From NCBI GenBank assembly GCA_040081625.1, contig JBEBGD010000103.1, positions 1 through 19,628 of the forward strand: a stretch of DNA of 19,628 nt, written 5' to 3'. Position 1 is the first letter of the stretch; every line of letters starts with the position of its first letter. Positions 16,684-19,628 of the stretch are shown here, piece by piece. Under the pieces are notes generated by a model, which worked only from the letters and a program-made list of their open reading frames with translations, did no database searches and was not told the DNA's origin. The position numbers were made by a program, and so were the translations under genes. Source of the DNA: Chthoniobacteraceae bacterium. Lineage in GTDB: Bacteria > Verrucomicrobiota > Verrucomicrobiia > Chthoniobacterales > Chthoniobacteraceae.

Positions 16684-18987
16684 ATGCCGACCGTCACGAT
16701 TCAGCAGGCATTCGAGATCGCCGTCACGCATCATCAGGCCGGACGGCTTGCCGAGGCGGAGGCGATCTATCGGCAGATCCTCGCGCAGCAGCCGCAGCAC
16801 GTCGATGCGCTGCACCTGCTCGGCCTCCTCGCTCATCAGGTGGGGAATGGCGAGGTGGCGGTCGGATTGATCCGGCAGGCCATCGCGATCGCGCCGCGCA
16901 GCCCCGCCTTCCATTCCAATCTCGGCCTGGCGCTTGGAAAACTCGGTCGCGCCGACGAAGCCATCGCTGCTTTCGAGCGGGCGCTCGAACTCGATCCGGG
17001 CTTGGGTGCGGCCTACGGCAATCTCGGCAATGCGTTCAAAGCCAGTGGCCGGATGCACGAAGCCGCGACCGCGTGTCGTCGGGCGGTGGAGTTGTGCCCG
17101 GACTCGGCTGACGCGCACAACAATCTCGGCAGCGTGTTGCGCGAGCTCGGTCGCGGGGACGAAGCGATCGCAGCCTATCGCCGCGCAGTCGCGCTTCGGT
17201 CCGACTTTGCGATGGCGCATCAGAACCTCGGCATCGCGCTCAGCGATGCGGGAGCATTCGATGAAGCCACGGGAGCATTTCGCGTCGCGCTCCGGCTCCA
17301 GCCCGACAATGCGGAGACGCACAACCAACTCGGCAACGCGCTGCGGGAACTTGGACGACCGGAGGAAGCCGGCGCGGCGTTTCGCAAGGCGATCGAACTT
17401 CAGCCAAACGACCCGATCGCCCACAACAACCTCGGGAACGCGCTCACGGATCTCGGTCGCTTGGACGAAGCGATCGTTTCCTATCGCAGGGCGCTCGAGC
17501 TTCGGCCCGACTACGCGATCGCGTGCAACAACATCAGCAACGCGCTGAGGGACACCGGGCGGATCGAGGAAGCGATCGCCGCGAGCCGCCGGGCGGTCGA
17601 ACTCCAGCCCGATTATGCGGCGGCGCACAACAACCTCGGAAATACGCTGCGCGATCGCGGGCAGATCGATGAAGCCCTCGCAGCCTATCGCCGGTCGCTC
17701 AAGATCGATCCGCGTCAGCCCGAGGTTCACAGCAATCTACTGCTCGCACTTCACTATCTGCCGGATTGGGATGCCGACGCTGTCTTCCGCGAACACTGCC
17801 GCTGGCATGAACTCCATGCGCAGCCGCTCGACAGCTTTCTCGCGCCGCATACGAATGATCCCGATCCTTCCCGCCGCCTGCGCGTCGGCTACGTCTCGCC
17901 CGATTTTCGGGAGCACGCGGTCGCGTGCTTCATGGAGGATCTCCTCGCCTGCCACGACCCCGCGCAGGTCGAGACGTTCTGCTACTCCTGCGTGCCGCGC
18001 GCGGATGCCGTCACTGCGCGCCTTCAGGCTCGCGCTACACATTGGCGCGAGATCGCATGGCTGACGGATGCGCAGGCGACCGACATCATCCGCCGGGACG
18101 GGATCGATATCCTCGTGGATCTGGCCGGTCACACGGCCTTTCACCGACTCCTCGTCTTTGCGCGCAAGCCCGCGCCGGTGCAGGTCACGTATCTCGGCTA
18201 CTGCGACACCACCGGGCTCGAGGCGATGGACTACCGGCTCACCGATTCCCATGCGGATCCGCCGGGCACCACCGAGCGCTTTCACACCGAGAGGCTCGTG
18301 CGACTGCCGGATTGCGCATGGAATTTCAGGCCATCGAACGCGGCGCCGCCGGTCGGCACTTCGCACGCGTCGCGCGACGGTTGCATCACGTTCGGCTGCT
18401 TCAGCATCCTGCCGAAGCTCAACGGAGCCACCTTCGCGCTCTGGTCGCGAATCCTCGAGCGCGTGCCGGGCTCGCGCCTGCTCTTGAAGAACCTGGCCTT
18501 CAAGGATTCTGGCGCGCGGTCACGCATCCTCGGCGCATTGGAAATGGCCGGCATTTCCGCTGATCGTGTCGAATTGCTCGGGCCGACGTCGAGCGTGGCG
18601 GAGCATCTTGCCACTTACTCCCGCGTGGACATTGCGCTCGATACGTTTCCCTACCACGGCACGACGACCACGTGCGAGGCCCTGTGGATGGGCGTGCCGG
18701 TCATCTCGCTCGCCGGGTCGGTGCATGGGAGTCGGGTGGGCGTGAGCATTCTGAGGAACGTAGGCCTGCCGGAACTGATCGCGCAGGATGGGGACGATTA
18801 CGTCCGAATCGCAGCGGAGGTCGCGACGAATGCGGAGTGGTTGGCGGAGTTGCGGTCCACGCTTCGGGAACGAATGACGGGCGCGCCGCTGATGGATGCG
18901 ACGGGCTTCGCGCGAAAGGTGGAAGCCGCCTATCGCGAGATGTGGCGCAACTGGTGCGTGACTGGAGCGACGCCCGCGACGCCGTAG
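16684..18987 (+). CDS. TPR-repeat protein with a C-terminal GT41 (OGT/SPINDLY-family) glycosyltransferase domain
   Basis: About ten TPR units, then RLRVGYVSPDFREHAV, DILVDLAGHT, PAPVQVTYLGY-DTTG and DIALDTFPYHGTTTTCEALWMGVPVI. Confidence 0.95.
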   Translation: MPTVTIQQAFEIAVTHHQAGRLAEAEAIYRQILAQQPQHVDALHLLGLLAHQVGNGEVAVGLIRQAIAIAPRSPAFHSNLGLALGKLGRADEAIAAFERALELDPGLGAAYGNLGNAFKASGRMHEAATACRRAVELCPDSADAHNNLGSVLRELGRGDEAIAAYRRAVALRSDFAMAHQNLGIALSDAGAFDEATGAFRVALRLQPDNAETHNQLGNALRELGRPEEAGAAFRKAIELQPNDPIAHNNLGNALTDLGRLDEAIVSYRRALELRPDYAIACNNISNALRDTGRIEEAIAASRRAVELQPDYAAAHNNLGNTLRDRGQIDEALAAYRRSLKIDPRQPEVHSNLLLALHYLPDWDADAVFREHCRWHELHAQPLDSFLAPHTNDPDPSRRLRVGYVSPDFREHAVACFMEDLLACHDPAQVETFCYSCVPRADAVTARLQARATHWREIAWLTDAQATDIIRRDGIDILVDLAGHTAFHRLLVFARKPAPVQVTYLGYCDTTGLEAMDYRLTDSHADPPGTTERFHTERLVRLPDCAWNFRPSNAAPPVGTSHASRDGCITFGCFSILPKLNGATFALWSRILERVPGSRLLLKNLAFKDSGARSRILGALEMAGISADRVELLGPTSSVAEHLATYSRVDIALDTFPYHGTTTTCEALWMGVPVISLAGSVHGSRVGVSILRNVGLPELIAQDGDDYVRIAAEVATNAEWLAELRSTLRERMTGAPLMDATGFARKVEAAYREMWRNWCVTGATPATP
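16915..17742 (+). repeat. 102-bp period TPR-coding tandem repeat
   Basis: xNLG-type codons recur at 16915, 17017, 17119, 17221, 17323, 17425, 17527, 17629 and 17731, an exact 102-nt period. The units are diverged at the nucleotide level. Confidence 0.9.
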
Positions 18988-19045
18988 CCGGGGCCGACGA
19001 GTAGCCACCGCTTGCGCGTGCGGGATGGCTCGGCATCCTCGCGCG

Positions 19046-19628
19046 ATGTCTCCCGCGCGCCGTCGGCGCTTTTTGATCAAGCTGTCGCTGCTCGCGTTCG
19101 GACTCGTTGTCGGGCTGGTGCTTGCCGAGGTGGCGCTGCGGATCGTGGTGCCGCGATCGCGCATCGATCTTTTCCGGTATTCGGCGGAGACGCAGCGCTT
19201 CAAGACGATGACGCGGAACTGCGACGGGACTGTGTATGGCGTGCCGCTGCGAACGAATGAACTCGGCTTTCGCGATGCAGAGAACGGCCCGGTCGCGCCA
19301 AAGCAACCGGGCGAATATCGCGTCGTGGTGCTCGGCGATTCGTTCACGGTGGGCGCGGGCGTGCCGTTCGAGGCGCTCGCGACGACGCTGCTCGAGGCGA
19401 AATTGCGCGAGCGTTCGGTGCGGGTGCTCAACCTCGGCACCGCGGGATACAGCCTCATCGAACACGCGCTCGTGCTCGATGAAGTCGCGCCCGCATTGCA
19501 ACCGGACGCGGTCATCGTGGCGAACTACGTGCCGAACGACTACGAGCTGAAGACGTGGCGAAACAATCGCGAGATCGCGCTCGGGAACATCACGCCGGGG
19601 CGTGAGAGCTTCCGCGATTCGCTCCTGC
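19046..19628 (+). CDS. Membrane-anchored SGNH/GDSL hydrolase family protein, partial (runs off the window; absent from the ORF track)
   Basis: Translated by hand from the ATG at 19046: MSPARRRRFLIKLSLLAFGLVVGLVLAEVALR...TNELGFRD...RVVVLGDSFTVG...VLNLGTAGYS...QPDAVIVANYVPND. This shows blocks I-III of the SGNH family. Confidence 0.9.
   Translation, partial: MSPARRRRFLIKLSLLAFGLVVGLVLAEVALRIVVPRSRIDLFRYSAETQRFKTMTRNCDGTVYGVPLRTNELGFRDAENGPVAPKQPGEYRVVVLGDSFTVGAGVPFEALATTLLEAKLRERSVRVLNLGTAGYSLIEHALVLDEVAPALQPDAVIVANYVPNDYELKTWRNNREIALGNITPGRESFRDSLL

Noticed and set aside
16915..17742. Regularly spaced repeats as a CRISPR array or DGR template/variable pair
   Set aside because: The 102-nt period is in frame with 34-aa TPR units. 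There are no identical repeats with unique spacers, and no cas or reverse transcriptase gene.
930..19515. Many long overlapping ORFs in the track (for example 930-1913, 3279-4394, 10728-12149, 12230-13894, 15364-16629, 16672-17730, 18520-19515)
   Set aside because: They are antisense or frameshifted shadows of well-supported genes. They are Arg/Ala/Pro-rich with no family motifs, as expected in high-GC DNA.

Overview
High-GC bacterial chromosomal DNA. The gene set, the lack of Shine-Dalgarno motifs and the intergenic repeat style suggest Verrucomicrobiota/PVC, but that is an impression rather than a demonstrated assignment. The window holds 16 complete CDS, mostly housekeeping: DedA, dGTPase, ABC-F, a PilT/PilU-type ATPase pair with a receiver-like gene, a hypothetical, a Zn-peptidase, a 68-aa membrane protein, a PotA-like ATPase, an aldehyde dehydrogenase, GlmS, a spermidine-synthase-like protein, a sulfatase and a TPR-GT41 glycosyltransferase, among others listed below. 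There is also a truncated hrpA and a partial SGNH gene at the right edge. I see no mobile element, CRISPR array, tRNA or rRNA. The most interesting signals are non-coding. Two intergenic regions (8326-8391 + and 12116-12176 -) each contain a candidate 61-66 nt RNA with the same layout: a sigma70-like promoter, a GUUN..NAAC stem around a G/U-only loop, a 12-bp terminator stem and an ACUUUUU tail. Other observations are a probable chimeric junction at about nt 140 that truncates hrpA, an inverted hexamer-repeat element, a terminator-like structure abutting the ABC-F start, and several apparently leaderless genes. All family calls come from motif recognition, not database searches.
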